A stretch of 64,000 nucleotides of DNA from an uncultured Chloroflexia bacterium (GCA_963728205.1 CAVSIV010000006.1:64001-128000); one strand, 5' to 3'. Positions 1 through 9,926 are shown, counted from the stretch's first letter. Made by a program: numbers and translations. Notes: generated by a model not told the origin, from the sequence alone.

Positions 1-171
1 ATGTCGATCTACATGATGCAGATCAGCCTGATGAACATCGGCACCTTCTTCGTGAGCCTGTACATGGACTGGCTGGGCCCGCGGTTCGCCATCGGGTCGC
101 TCGGCGTGGGCCTGATCGTGGCGACGGTCGCCTACGTCGCCTTCGTCCCGCGCTTCCGACGGCTCGCCTGA
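1..171 (+). CDS. MFS transporter, C-terminal fragment (truncated by window edge)
   Basis: Frame 1 reads MSIYMMQISLMNIGTFFVSLYMDWLGPRFAIGSLGVGLIVATVAYVAFVPRFRRLA*. It resembles the last two helices of the MFS at 8486 (MGVYM...PGYRRI). Confidence 0.7.
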   Translation: MSIYMMQISLMNIGTFFVSLYMDWLGPRFAIGSLGVGLIVATVAYVAFVPRFRRLA

Positions 172-210
172 CGCTTGCGGAAGCGGGCGCACGGTAGACT
201 CCCGCGCGGC

Positions 211-460
211 ATGCGCGACCTCCACGGCGCCGTCGCCTCGCTGACGTTGCACGAGCTCGCGTGGGGCGCGACGCTGGCCGCCGTCGCGGAGGTACGCCGC
301 GTGCCGCGTGGGGCGCGACGTGCCTCGTCCGCGTGAACGCCACCGACGACGCGCTGCGCGGTGCGGCCGACGGTTCGCCGTGGAGGCGCTCGAGCACGTC
401 ACGATCGACCGCTTCGGGACGCCGAAGCAGGCATGGGAGTGTCGCGCGCGGGCGTGCTGA
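211..460 (+). pseudogene. Degraded class I SAM-dependent methyltransferase remnant
   Basis: Fragments in different frames: AVASLTLH..W..TLAAVAEVRRV, LVRVNATDD, FAVEALEHVTIDRFGTPKQAWEC. Internal 16-bp direct repeat cgcgtggggcgcgacg. Confidence 0.5.
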
Positions 461-480
461 GCGCGCGGACTGGAGGCGAC

Positions 481-1188
481 ATGAGCTTCGACCCGACCGT
501 TCGCGAGGCCCTCGAGGGCATCTCGACCGCGACCCTGACGACCGTGCTGCTCAAGCACGGCCTGCGCCGCACGTGGATGCGCGGGACGGCGCCGCTCGCC
601 GAGGGCCAGGCGCGCGTGGTCGGGCCGGCGTTCACGATGCGCTTCGTCCCGGCGCGCGAGGACCTCGCGACGCCGGAGTCGTGGAAGTCGCCGCGCTCGA
701 CGCGCGCCGCGATCGAGGAGATGCCGCCCGGCTGTGTCGCGGTGATCGATGCGATGGGGATCACCGACGCGGGGGTCTTCGGCGACATCCTCTGTAGCCG
801 CATGCGGCAGCGCGGCGTGGCCGGCCTCGTGACCGACGGCGTGGTGCGCGACGGTGCCGGCGTGTTCGCGAGCGGTCTCTCCGTGTGGTGCAGCGGCGTG
901 GCAGCGCCGCCGTCGGTGGCCGGGCTGACGTTCGTCGGCTGGCAGGAGCCGATCGGCTGCGGCGGGGTGGCCGTGTTCCCCGGCGACGTGGTGGTGGCCG
1001 ACGGCGACGGCGCCGTCGTGATCCCGGCGGCCGAGCTCGACGCGGTCGTCGCGGAGGCGGTCGAGCAGGAGCGTCTCGAGGCGTGGATCATGCGGCAGGT
1101 CGAGGCGGGCGCCGCGCTGCCGGGCCTGTACCCGCCGAACGCGGAGACGCAGGCGCGGTACGAGGCCGAGACGCGCGAGGGGGAATAG
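481..1188 (+). CDS. RraA/HMG-aldolase family protein
   Basis: GGAGG RBS; motifs VVGPAFT, GDIL, VTDGVVRD, VFPGDVVVADGDGAVVIP. Confidence 0.9.
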   Translation: MSFDPTVREALEGISTATLTTVLLKHGLRRTWMRGTAPLAEGQARVVGPAFTMRFVPAREDLATPESWKSPRSTRAAIEEMPPGCVAVIDAMGITDAGVFGDILCSRMRQRGVAGLVTDGVVRDGAGVFASGLSVWCSGVAAPPSVAGLTFVGWQEPIGCGGVAVFPGDVVVADGDGAVVIPAAELDAVVAEAVEQERLEAWIMRQVEAGAALPGLYPPNAETQARYEAETREGE

Positions 1189-1386
1189 TCGCCTCGCGCC
1201 GCGGCGAGCCGGGGACGCCGGGCCGCGGTTGCCGGCCGCGGTACGGGTGGGGAGACATCGCGCCGGAGGATGTCCGCGCGGCGGTCCAAGCGTGAGGGCG
1301 ACGGAGCGGTTGAACGGAAACGGCAACAGCGGGCTCACGCCCCCTGCTCGCCGCGGGCGCGCGGCACGCGCGCCGCGGTGCCGCCG

Positions 1387-2787
1387 CTAGCGCGGCAGCC
1401 AGGCCGGCTCGTGCGTGCCGTGCGCGACGGGCGGGAGGTCCCACCGCGGCTCCGTCTCGGACATCGATAGCGCGGGCTTGAGATACGTGAGGTGGCCGAA
1501 GTCCGGCGAGTCCAGCTCGCCGAGGAACGGCGTCACGTCACCGGCGTCGCCGGCGCGCGGGTCGAGGTCGTCGCCGAGGCGCTGGTACCACATGCATGTC
1601 TGGCTCAGCGACACCTGCACGTGCCACGAGCCGCCCTCGACTGCCCGGCGCGCGAGCGCGGTCATCGCGCCGTAGGCCGCGAAGTATCCCGTCGAGTAGT
1701 CGTTGACGGCGGCCGGCGAGAGGCGCGGGGCGGACTCGCGCGCGCTGCCCTCGCGGAACGACATGCCGGTCGCGGCCTGCCCGAGCTGCTCCCAGCCCGG
1801 CCGCTGCGCCCACGGGCCGACCTGCCCGTAGCAATTCTCCGAGACGTAGACGATGCCCGGCCGCAGCGCGGCAACCTGCTCGGGCGCGAGGCCGCGCTTC
1901 GCGAGCGCGCCGAAGCGGTAGCCCTGCGAGAAGACGTCGGCGCCGCGGATCAGCTCGCGCATCGCGTCCGCCTGCACGGGGTCGCGCAGGTCGAGCGACG
2001 CCTGCCGCTTGCCGATGCCCGTCTCGACGTCGAACAGCGCGCTCGCCGGGAGGTGGGGCGCGGTGACGTGGAGGACGTCGGCGCCGTGCTCGGCGAGCGT
2101 CTTTGCGCAGGTCGGACCCGCGAGCACGCGGGTGACGTCGACGACGCGGATGCCGGACGTCGGACGGTCGCCGGCCGGCGGCGGCTCGGGCGGCGCCTCG
2201 CCGATCTTCGTGATCTTCACGACGGGCCAGTCGGCGAGCGCGCGGCCCTGCGGGTGCGCGGCCCATTCCTGCTTCGTTCGCACGACGCCGCCGCACACGC
2301 CGCGGCGGATGAAGGCGTCCTCGAGCTCGAAGGCGTCGCGGCCGGCGACGGCGGCGGCGACGTCGTCCTCCGACGCCGACTCATCGAGCCCGAGCTCCTC
2401 GAGGATCTGCGGCGAGTCGTTGAACGAGCCGTGGAGCTGCACGTAGCGGCCGTCGCGCGCGGGGACAATCCCGCCGACGCGCGGGCCGCCGCGGGCCCGC
2501 TCCATCGAGGGCTCGCGCGTCGGGTCGGCGAACGTGAGCTGCGTGTACGAGCGCAGCGCCGCGGCGGCGTGGCGGGCGTCGACGCGGAGCACCTGCGTGC
2601 GGCCCGTGCGCACGCGCCAGAGCGCGTTCGCGGCGACGCCGGTGAGCAGCCGCGCGACGGCGGCGCCCTCGCCGAGGTGGTGCGGCGACGGGAGGATGGG
2701 GTCCGCGCCGGCGATCTCGAAATCGAGATCCGGCGGCAGCTGGAGTCCGCCCAGCCGGACGGCCTGCTCGATCGCGCTGCGTTCCAT
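1387..2787 (-). CDS. CaiB/BaiF family III CoA-transferase (long form)
   Basis: GIRVVDVTRVLAGPTC, LAEHGADV, ADVFSQGYR, GPWAQRPGW motifs; start MERSAIEQ after GGAG. Confidence 0.88.
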   Translation of the reverse strand: MERSAIEQAVRLGGLQLPPDLDFEIAGADPILPSPHHLGEGAAVARLLTGVAANALWRVRTGRTQVLRVDARHAAAALRSYTQLTFADPTREPSMERARGGPRVGGIVPARDGRYVQLHGSFNDSPQILEELGLDESASEDDVAAAVAGRDAFELEDAFIRRGVCGGVVRTKQEWAAHPQGRALADWPVVKITKIGEAPPEPPPAGDRPTSGIRVVDVTRVLAGPTCAKTLAEHGADVLHVTAPHLPASALFDVETGIGKRQASLDLRDPVQADAMRELIRGADVFSQGYRFGALAKRGLAPEQVAALRPGIVYVSENCYGQVGPWAQRPGWEQLGQAATGMSFREGSARESAPRLSPAAVNDYSTGYFAAYGAMTALARRAVEGGSWHVQVSLSQTCMWYQRLGDDLDPRAGDAGDVTPFLGELDSPDFGHLTYLKPALSMSETEPRWDLPPVAHGTHEPAWLPR

Positions 2788-2876
2788 GCGGGGCTCCCTC
2801 CGTCGGCGGCGGCGTGCGCGGCGGAGCATACCGCCCGGGCAGTGCGGCCGACCGCGCGGCCCGCGAGAATGGCGGC

Positions 2877-3119
2877 ATGGCGGGCGAGCACGCGTCGGCG
2901 GCGGACGAGATGGTGGCGGCGCTGATCGCGCGCTACCGGCAGGCGCAGGCCGAGATGCGGCGACTGTCGGTGCCGGACGACCATGGAGCCGGCGAGCGCA
3001 CGGCGCGGCTGTCCGGGCTCGGCGCGTGGGAGATCGAGGCGGAGCGCGTGCGCCGCGAGATCGAGCGGCTCACCGGCGCGCCGTGGCCCCCCGGCTCCCA
3101 GGCGCGCGGGCAGGCTTGA
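2877..3119 (+). CDS. Small hypothetical helical protein (80 aa)
   Basis: Coding-like codon usage; GAGAAT -10-like hexamer 6 nt upstream of ATG. Confidence 0.55.
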   Translation: MAGEHASAADEMVAALIARYRQAQAEMRRLSVPDDHGAGERTARLSGLGAWEIEAERVRREIERLTGAPWPPGSQARGQA

Positions 3120-3178
3120 ATTGAGGCCTGCCGTGTCGACATGCCCCGGTGGGGCGCCGTGAAGGCATGAACGTCACC

Positions 3179-3316
3179 CAAAGCGGCGGCAGATATGCCG
3201 CCGACAGGACGCGGACGCAGTCCGCGGCTGGCGCCGCGCTTCTGTCGGCGGCATATCTGCCGCCGCTTTGACTTCCGATGCGGCCCGAAGCCCTTCGACA
3301 GGCTCAGGACGGGCTC
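3179..3316. repeat. REPIN-like element, family A, with cccttcgacaggctcagg tail
   Basis: Perfect 29-bp inverted arms at 3179-3207 and 3242-3270 (caaagcggcggcagatatgccgccgacag); near-identical copy at 24750-24838. Confidence 0.9.
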
Positions 3317-3339
3317 TGACGCGCGCCGGGGGACGGGCT

Positions 3340-3549
3340 TCAGCCGCCGGCGCCGTCCTCCCATGCGATCGCCTGGCGCGGGCAGAGGCGGATCGCACGC
3401 TCCACCTGCTCGACCAGCACGTCCGGCACCTCGTCCATGAGCACGTGGCTCTGATCGTCGTCGCCCAGCTCGAAGACCTCGGGTGCGTTGTTTACGCAGC
3501 GGCCGTGGCCCTCGCAGGCGAGCGGGTCGACGCGAACGCGACGCGGCAT
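3340..3549 (-). CDS. Ferredoxin (3Fe-4S type), P450 redox partner
   Basis: CEGHGRC...CP motif; directly downstream of the P450. Confidence 0.92.
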   Translation of the reverse strand: MPRRVRVDPLACEGHGRCVNNAPEVFELGDDDQSHVLMDEVPDVLVEQVERAIRLCPRQAIAWEDGAGG

Positions 3550-3559
3550 GGCGGGCCTC

Positions 3560-4870
3560 CTACTTCGAGGGCGTATACGCGACGGGCAGGTGCTTGATGC
3601 CGCCGATGAAGTTCGACCGCAGTCGCTCCGCCGGGCCCGCCAGCTCGATGCGCGGGTAGCGGCGGAACAGCTCCTCGAACATCACGCGGATCTCCTTGCG
3701 CGCGAAGCCCGAGCCCAGGCAGAAGTGCTCGCCGATGCCGAACGCGAGGTGGTCGTTGGGCGAGCGCGTGATGTCGAAGCGGTACGGGTCGGCGAAGACG
3801 TCCTCGTCGCGGTTCACCGACGGGTACCACATGATCACCTTCTCGCCGGCGGCGACCTTCTGGCCGCGGATCTCGACGTCGGCCGTCGCCTCGCGCGCCA
3901 TGTGCGTGACCGGCGAAGTCCAGCGCAGGATCTCCTCGACGGCCGAGTCGATGAGCGACATGTCGGCCTGCAGGCGGGCGCGCTCGTCGGGGTGCTCGCA
4001 CAGCGCGATCAGGCCGCCCGAGATCGCGTTGCGGGTCGTCTCGTTGCCGGCGACGACCAGCAGGAAGCAGAACTCGAGGATCTCCATCTCGGTCAGCTTC
4101 ACGCCGTCGATCTCGGACTGCAGCAGGATGCTCACGAGGTCGTCGGTGCGCGGGTGCTGGCGGCGGTCCTCGAGCTGCTCGCGGAAGTAGCCGATCATCC
4201 GCATCATGCCGGCCATGTTCGTGGCCTGCGCGGCCTGGCCCGTGCCCACGGCGGCCTCGTCGACGGCGCCGGACTTCGCGGCCGCGGCCTGGTACTCGGG
4301 ATCGCCCGAGCCGAGGATCGAGTTCGTCAGCTCGAACATCAGCGGCCAGACCTCGCGGTCGAGCCCCATCATGCCGCAGATCACCGCGAGCGGGAGCTGG
4401 CTCGAGACCTCGAGCACGAAGTCGCCGTCGGTCTTGCCGTCGAGGCGGTCGAGGATCTCGTTCGTGATCTCGCGGATCTTCGGCTCCATCGCGTTCACGG
4501 CGCGCGGGGTGAAGCCCTTGTTCACGAGGCGGCGCATCTGCACGTGGCGCGGCGGATCCATCGTGATGATCGACGCGCCGGCGACGCCGACCTCCTGCTG
4601 GAAGATGCGGTTCTGCTCCTCGTTGACGTGGCGCGGGCCGGAGCCGGCGATGCCGTGCGAGGAGATGAACAGCTCGGGGTGGCGCGAGACGTAGAGCACG
4701 TCCTCCGCCTTGGTCAGCGACCAGAACCCGTTGAACTGCTCGGTGCCGGGGTTCCAGTGCACGGGCGCGTCGCGGCGCAGGAGGCGGAAGGCCTCGTGGG
4801 CCTCGTTGCGCTCGAAGAGGGTCGGATCGGCGAGGTTGATGCCGTGCGGCAGTTCGGTCGAGGCGACCAT
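3560..4870 (-). CDS. Cytochrome P450 (CYP124/125/142-like)
   Basis: AGNETT I-helix, EEILR (ExxR), HLAFGIGEHFCLG heme motif; start MVASTELP after GGAGG. Confidence 0.95.
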   Translation of the reverse strand: MVASTELPHGINLADPTLFERNEAHEAFRLLRRDAPVHWNPGTEQFNGFWSLTKAEDVLYVSRHPELFISSHGIAGSGPRHVNEEQNRIFQQEVGVAGASIITMDPPRHVQMRRLVNKGFTPRAVNAMEPKIREITNEILDRLDGKTDGDFVLEVSSQLPLAVICGMMGLDREVWPLMFELTNSILGSGDPEYQAAAAKSGAVDEAAVGTGQAAQATNMAGMMRMIGYFREQLEDRRQHPRTDDLVSILLQSEIDGVKLTEMEILEFCFLLVVAGNETTRNAISGGLIALCEHPDERARLQADMSLIDSAVEEILRWTSPVTHMAREATADVEIRGQKVAAGEKVIMWYPSVNRDEDVFADPYRFDITRSPNDHLAFGIGEHFCLGSGFARKEIRVMFEELFRRYPRIELAGPAERLRSNFIGGIKHLPVAYTPSK

Positions 4871-4918
4871 GCGGAACCTCCTGGGACGACGGTGGTGGGC
4901 TGGGCTCGGGGTGAGATG

Positions 4919-4974
4919 CGTACAGAGTGTACGGGAGAGGGCGCAGCGTAGTGAGGGCCCAATCGGGTCGTCAA
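4919..4974 (-). promoter_or_regulatory. Sigma70-type promoter and palindromic operator of the P450 operon
   Basis: TTGACG (4974-4969), 18 bp, TACGCT (4950-4945); palindrome CGTACA-gag-TGTACG at 4919-4933. Confidence 0.6.
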
Positions 4975-5050
4975 CGGGGTCGGCGCGGGGTTCGCGCGGG
5001 GTGCGGCGGCGCGGGCACCCACGCCGAGGCGCCGATGACGCCGCCTCCGG

Positions 5051-5082
5051 TCGGCGGCATGTCTGCCGCCGCTGCGGTTCGC
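5051..5082. repeat. Single family A REP arm
   Basis: tcggcggcatgtctgccgccgctgcggttcgc matches the arm and flank of the 46288 copy. Confidence 0.7.
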
Positions 5083-5203
5083 GCGGCGAGAGAGCATCGG
5101 CGCGCCTAGCGGATGCGATCCGACCCGGCGGCGCACACGGCCGTCGGCTCGTACGCTGACGCACCGGCAGCCCGGGCGAGATGAGAGAGCACAGGGGGAT
5201 TCG

Positions 5204-6538
5204 GTGACCGCAGGCGCATCCGCACGCTCGCCGCTCGCGGCGCGGCTCCTGCCGCGCGGACCGTTCTACGGCTGGTACGTCGCGATCGCGTGTTCGGTCG
5301 TGATGTTCGTCGGCGCGGCCGTCGGGTACTACGGGCTCGCGGTCTACCTGCGGCCGCTGCAGCAGGAGCACGGCTGGTCGAACGCCGCGGTCAGCGGTGC
5401 GACCAGCACCTACTTCATCGTCTCCGGCATCTCCGGCGCGTTCTTCGGCCCGTACATCGACCGCCACGGCCTGCGGCTGATGGTCCCCGGCTTCGTGATC
5501 ATGACCATCGCCGCGGCACTCGTCGGCTTCGTGCAGGAGGTCTGGCAGCTCTACGCCGTCTACGCGCTGCTCGCGCTCGCGTTCGGCATGTCGGCCACGG
5601 TCATCGTGAACGCGATCATGACGCGCTGGTTCGTGCGGCTGCGCGCGCGGGCGATGGCCATCTCGTCGACCGGCATCTCGGTCGGCGGCGTCGTGCTCAC
5701 GCCGCTGGTCAGCCACCTCGTCGACGTCGGCGGCATGCGCCTTGCGACCCCGACGATGGCGGCGCTCGTGCTCGTGGTGTCGCTGCCGATCATCTTCTTC
5801 GTGCTCGTCTTCGACCCGCGCGAGATGGGGCTGCGGCCGGACGGCCTCGCGCCGGGCGCCGCTGCGCCGCCCCCGCGCGTCGGGCTCAGCGAGGCGGCGC
5901 AGCGGCGCGCGTGGCGCCTCGCCGAGGCGATGCGCACCGTCTCGTTCTGGGGCGTGAACGTCGCGTTCGTGCTCGTGCTGCTCGCGCAGACCGGGTTCGT
6001 CATCCACCAGATCTCGTTCCTCGAGGTGCGACTCGGGTCGCGCGACACGGCCGCGCTGGCGCTCTCGACGACGGCGTTCGGGAGCATCGTCGCGCGGCTC
6101 GTGGTCGGCTACTTCGCCGACGCGGTCGACAAGCGCTGGCTCACGGCGGGGCTGTTCGTCGTGCAGGCGACGGCGGTGCTGCTCGTGCTGCATACCGAGA
6201 ACGCGGCGTTGACGTATCTGCTGGTGCTCGTGTTCGGGTTCACCATCGGCAACGTCTACATGATGCAGTCGCTGCTCGTCGGCGAGATCTTCGGGATGGT
6301 CTCGTTCGGCGCGGTGTTCGGCGTGGTCGCGATGTCGGCGCAGGTCGGCTCCGGTGTCGGGCCGTTCGTCGTGGGCTGGCTGCACGACCGCACCGGCGGC
6401 TACACGACGCCGTTCACGATCACCGCCGGCCTGACCTACGCGGCGGCGCTGGCGGTGCTGTTCGCGCGGCCGGTGCCGGCGCCGGGCGAGCCGGTCGCGG
6501 CGGCCGGGCCCACGGCCGAGCGCGCCGCCACGCGCTGA
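5204..6538 (+). CDS. MFS transporter (OFA/MCT-like)
   Basis: FYGWYV N-terminus, GPYIDRHG motif A, WFVRLRARAM, about 12 hydrophobic segments. Confidence 0.9.
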   Translation: MTAGASARSPLAARLLPRGPFYGWYVAIACSVVMFVGAAVGYYGLAVYLRPLQQEHGWSNAAVSGATSTYFIVSGISGAFFGPYIDRHGLRLMVPGFVIMTIAAALVGFVQEVWQLYAVYALLALAFGMSATVIVNAIMTRWFVRLRARAMAISSTGISVGGVVLTPLVSHLVDVGGMRLATPTMAALVLVVSLPIIFFVLVFDPREMGLRPDGLAPGAAAPPPRVGLSEAAQRRAWRLAEAMRTVSFWGVNVAFVLVLLAQTGFVIHQISFLEVRLGSRDTAALALSTTAFGSIVARLVVGYFADAVDKRWLTAGLFVVQATAVLLVLHTENAALTYLLVLVFGFTIGNVYMMQSLLVGEIFGMVSFGAVFGVVAMSAQVGSGVGPFVVGWLHDRTGGYTTPFTITAGLTYAAALAVLFARPVPAPGEPVAAAGPTAERAATR

Positions 6539-6562
6539 GGCCCAGCGAGCGCGGGCGACCGG

Positions 6563-8134
6563 CTACACGGGTTCCACGAGCAGCTCGTCCCCCGGCTGCG
6601 CGACGGGAGCGGCCGGCCCGGCTGCCGCCCCCTGCGCCGGCTCGAGCGTCCGGAAGCGCGCCTGCAGCGCCTCGGTCGCCGCGCGATCGTTCACGGTGAA
6701 CCACGCGATCGCGAACGGGAGGAAGAGCAGCACGACGCACACGAGGAACGCGTCGTGGTACCCGGCGACGGCCGCGCGGAGCGCGAGCTGCGACGCCGGG
6801 AGCGTCGCGTGCGAGGCGGTGAGCGCGGCCTGGTGCGCGGCCGTGCGGCTGATCATCAGCGTGATGATGAACGCCACGCCGAACGACCCCGCGACCTGTC
6901 GCAGCGTGCTGTAGATCGACGACGCCGCGCCCTGCTTCGCGCTCTCGAGCGGCCCGTACATCGTGGTCTGGACCGCGACGATCGAGAACGCGAACGGGAT
7001 GCCGCGCAGCGTGAGCAGCGCCGTGATCACGAGCGGCGGCGTGTCGAGCGTGATCCAGACGAACGGCACGAGCGTGAGCGCCGCGAGGCCGAAGCCGGCA
7101 AGCAGCATGCGGCGGGGGCCGATGCGCGGGAACAGCCGGCTGGCGAACGGGAGCGACGCCGCCATGCCCAGCGTGCTCGGCGCCTGGATTAGCCCGGCCT
7201 GCAGCGGCGAGTAGCCGTGCAGCTCCTGCAGGAAGAGCGTGAGCAGCAGCGCGAAGCCGCCGAACGCGCCGAACGCCGGCGCCATCATGACGTTCGACGA
7301 CGCGAACAGCTGGCGCGTGAAGAGGCGCAGGTCGAGCACGGGGTGCGGCGTCGTCAGCTCGACCGCGGTGAAGGCGGCGAGGAGCGCGAGGCCGGCGCCG
7401 CCGAAGAGCAGGACGTTGCGCGCGCCCCAGCCGGCCTCGCCCGCCATCGAGAGCGCGTAGAGGAGGCTCGCGGTGCCGAGGCTGCCGGTGAGGAGGCCGG
7501 GGACGTCGAAGCGGCCCTGCGCGTAGTCCTCGCGGTGTTCCCGCAGCAGCCACGCACCGGCGACGAGCCCGAGCACGCCGGCCGGCAGGTTCACGTAGAA
7601 GATCCAGCGCCAGCTCACGTACTCGGTGAGGTACCCGCCCAGCACGGGGCCGAAGGTCGGCGCGAGCACCATGGGGATCGACATGATCGCCGACGCCTTG
7701 GCGCGCTCCACGCCCGGGAACTCGCGCGAGAGCATCGCGGTGCCGACCGGCGTCATCATGCCGCCGCCGACGCCCTGCAGCAGGCGGAACGCGACGAGCT
7801 CCTGGAGCGACCGCGCCTGCCCGCAGGCGCCCGACGCGAGCACGAAGAGGCTCATCGCGAGCAGATAGGTGCGCTTCGTGCCGAAGCGGTCGGAGAGGAA
7901 CCCGGCCGCCGGGATGAAAACCGCGAGGCTCAGCAGGTAGCCGGTGACCGTCCACTCGACGGCCGCCGTGCTCGCGTGGAAGTCGCGGCTCAGGCTGGGC
8001 AGCGCCACGTTCACGACGGTGCTGTCCATCATGTCCATGAACAGCCCGAACACGAAGACGCCGGCGACCAGGTACTTGTAGGGCAGCGCTCCGACCCGGC
8101 GGAGCGCCCCGCGCACCAGAGTGACCAGGGGCAT
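6563..8134 (-). CDS. DHA2 (EmrB/QacA) MFS efflux permease
   Basis: DSTVVNVALP, LSDRFG, FRLLQGVGGG, GPVLGG, WRWIFYVNLP motifs; start could be 8134 or 8167. Confidence 0.92.
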   Translation of the reverse strand: MPLVTLVRGALRRVGALPYKYLVAGVFVFGLFMDMMDSTVVNVALPSLSRDFHASTAAVEWTVTGYLLSLAVFIPAAGFLSDRFGTKRTYLLAMSLFVLASGACGQARSLQELVAFRLLQGVGGGMMTPVGTAMLSREFPGVERAKASAIMSIPMVLAPTFGPVLGGYLTEYVSWRWIFYVNLPAGVLGLVAGAWLLREHREDYAQGRFDVPGLLTGSLGTASLLYALSMAGEAGWGARNVLLFGGAGLALLAAFTAVELTTPHPVLDLRLFTRQLFASSNVMMAPAFGAFGGFALLLTLFLQELHGYSPLQAGLIQAPSTLGMAASLPFASRLFPRIGPRRMLLAGFGLAALTLVPFVWITLDTPPLVITALLTLRGIPFAFSIVAVQTTMYGPLESAKQGAASSIYSTLRQVAGSFGVAFIITLMISRTAAHQAALTASHATLPASQLALRAAVAGYHDAFLVCVVLLFLPFAIAWFTVNDRAATEALQARFRTLEPAQGAAAGPAAPVAQPGDELLVEPV

Positions 8135-8254
8135 GCACGACCTCGATTGCCGCATCACGCCGGCCACGGCTCACGATCGCGAACCGCGGTCCGGGGCCGG
8201 CGAGCGCACACGCGCGCGGCGATCCGGGGTCCGGCGGCGTGGTGGGGTGGAGCG

Positions 8255-8409
8255 ATAGTATTCGCAGGCCGGATAGTCCGCTAGTACCGTACTAGATCGG
8301 CCACGGCAGGTGCGGCGGTTCGGCGCATCGCCACGAAGAGCGCCCCTCGCCCGTTGGCGCCGGCACTGATGCGCCCGATCGTGACTGTCCGGTAGCGCCG
8401 TACTATCAT
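8255..8409. promoter_or_regulatory. Divergent promoters with shared operator motif
   Basis: Perfect CTAGTAC-c-GTACTAG at 8281-8295; degenerate copy TAGcgCcGTACTA at 8393-8405 inside GTGACT-17-TATCAT (8381-8409); minus-strand TACTAT at 8260-8255. Confidence 0.6.
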
Positions 8410-8485
8410 CGCAGCGCGATGCGCGCTCCGTGACGCCCGTCCGTCGCGCCGCTGGTCCGTCCACCGGTGACCGCGCGGAGGCATC

Positions 8486-9892
8486 ATGGCTTCGAGCACC
8501 CGCATCCCACCGACCCCCGAGCCGCGTCGTGCGCGCGGCCCCGTCCACCGCCGCGCCGCGCGCGCGCTCGCCGGCGCCGGCCACCAGACCTTCGAGTCGC
8601 TCGTCGTACGCGACTTCCGCATCCTCTGGTTCGGCTTCATGGGCTCGTGGATGGCGATGCAGTTCCAGCAGGTGGCGCGCGGCTACCTCGCGTACCGCCT
8701 CACTGGCAACGCGCTCTCCCTGGGCCTCGTGACGCTCGCGATGGGCCTGCCGCGCATCGTCCTCTCGCCGGTCGGCGGCGCGCTCGCCGACCGCTTCGCG
8801 AAACGGACCGTGCTGCTGTGGACGCAGGCCGCGCTGGGCCTCTTCGCCCTCTGCGCGGCCGTGATGGTGGCCACCGGCGCGATGACGCTGCAGTGGCTGA
8901 TGGTGTTCGGCCTGCTGCAGGGCACCGCGTTCTCGATCAACATGCCGGCGCGCCAGGCGTACCTGCCGCAAGTCGTCGGCAAGGGCCCGGCGCTGGCGAA
9001 CGCGATCGCGCTCAACAACGCCGGCATGAACTTCAGCCGCGTCGTCGGCCCGGCGATCGCCGGCGTGCTGATCGCGACGCGGTTCGTCGGCGTCGCGGGC
9101 GTCTACTTCGTGTTCGCCGCCTGCTACCTCTGGGTGTGGTGGTCGATCTACCGCGTGGAGAACCGCGGCGAGTCGATGATGGCGCGGCGCAGCATGGGCC
9201 GCAGCCTGGGCGACGGCTTCGCATACGTCGCGCGCCGGCCCGCGCTCATCGCGCTGATGAGCCTCGGCTTCGTGCCCCTCGCCATCGGCATGCCGTACAT
9301 CAACCTCATGCCGGCGGTCGCGCTCGGCGACCTGCACATCGGGGCGACCGGCCTCGGGCTGCTGCTCACCATGTCCGGGATCGGCGCGCTGACCGGGACG
9401 CTCCTGATGGCCTACTTTGCCGCGTACCCGCGAAAGGGCGCGCTGCAGATCGCGCTCGGCATCCTGTTCGGCGTGGCGCTCTTCGGGTTCGCCTTCTTCG
9501 TGCGGCGCGGCGAGATCCTCTTCGCGCTGCCCTTCCTCTTCGCGAGCGGGATGTGCGGCGACGCCTACATGGCGCTGAACAGCACGCTGATCATGCTCGC
9601 GACCGACGAGGCGGTGTACGGGCGCGTGATGGGCGTCTACATGGTCGCGCAGTCGATCCGGCCGATCACCGTGCTGCCGATCAGCGCGCTGGCCGACGCC
9701 ATCTCGACGCCGGTGACGCTGATGGGCGCCGGCGCAACGGTGTCCGCGTTCGTGACCGGGGTGCTCGTGCTGTTCCCCGGCTACCGGCGCATCGGCGTGG
9801 CGTCGTCGCCGCTCGCGACGGCGCCGGCAGCGCCGTCGGCGCAGGCGGAGCCCGGCGACGAGGCGGAAGGCGCCGTCGCGGCCGCGGGCTAG
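8486..9892 (+). CDS. MFS transporter (MFS_3/DHA3-like)
   Basis: DFRILW, GGALADRF, PARQA, LANAIALN, RVVGPAIAG motifs; GGAGG RBS. Confidence 0.9.
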   Translation: MASSTRIPPTPEPRRARGPVHRRAARALAGAGHQTFESLVVRDFRILWFGFMGSWMAMQFQQVARGYLAYRLTGNALSLGLVTLAMGLPRIVLSPVGGALADRFAKRTVLLWTQAALGLFALCAAVMVATGAMTLQWLMVFGLLQGTAFSINMPARQAYLPQVVGKGPALANAIALNNAGMNFSRVVGPAIAGVLIATRFVGVAGVYFVFAACYLWVWWSIYRVENRGESMMARRSMGRSLGDGFAYVARRPALIALMSLGFVPLAIGMPYINLMPAVALGDLHIGATGLGLLLTMSGIGALTGTLLMAYFAAYPRKGALQIALGILFGVALFGFAFFVRRGEILFALPFLFASGMCGDAYMALNSTLIMLATDEAVYGRVMGVYMVAQSIRPITVLPISALADAISTPVTLMGAGATVSAFVTGVLVLFPGYRRIGVASSPLATAPAAPSAQAEPGDEAEGAVAAAG

Positions 9893-9926
9893 GCGGCGCG
9901 GCCCCGCCGGTCGCGGACACGAGCCG

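Noticed and set aside
3560-6385. 941-aa P450 fusion in the ORF track
   Set aside because: The upstream part is the antisense frame of the MFS gene. The P450 has its own promoter, RBS and start at 4870.
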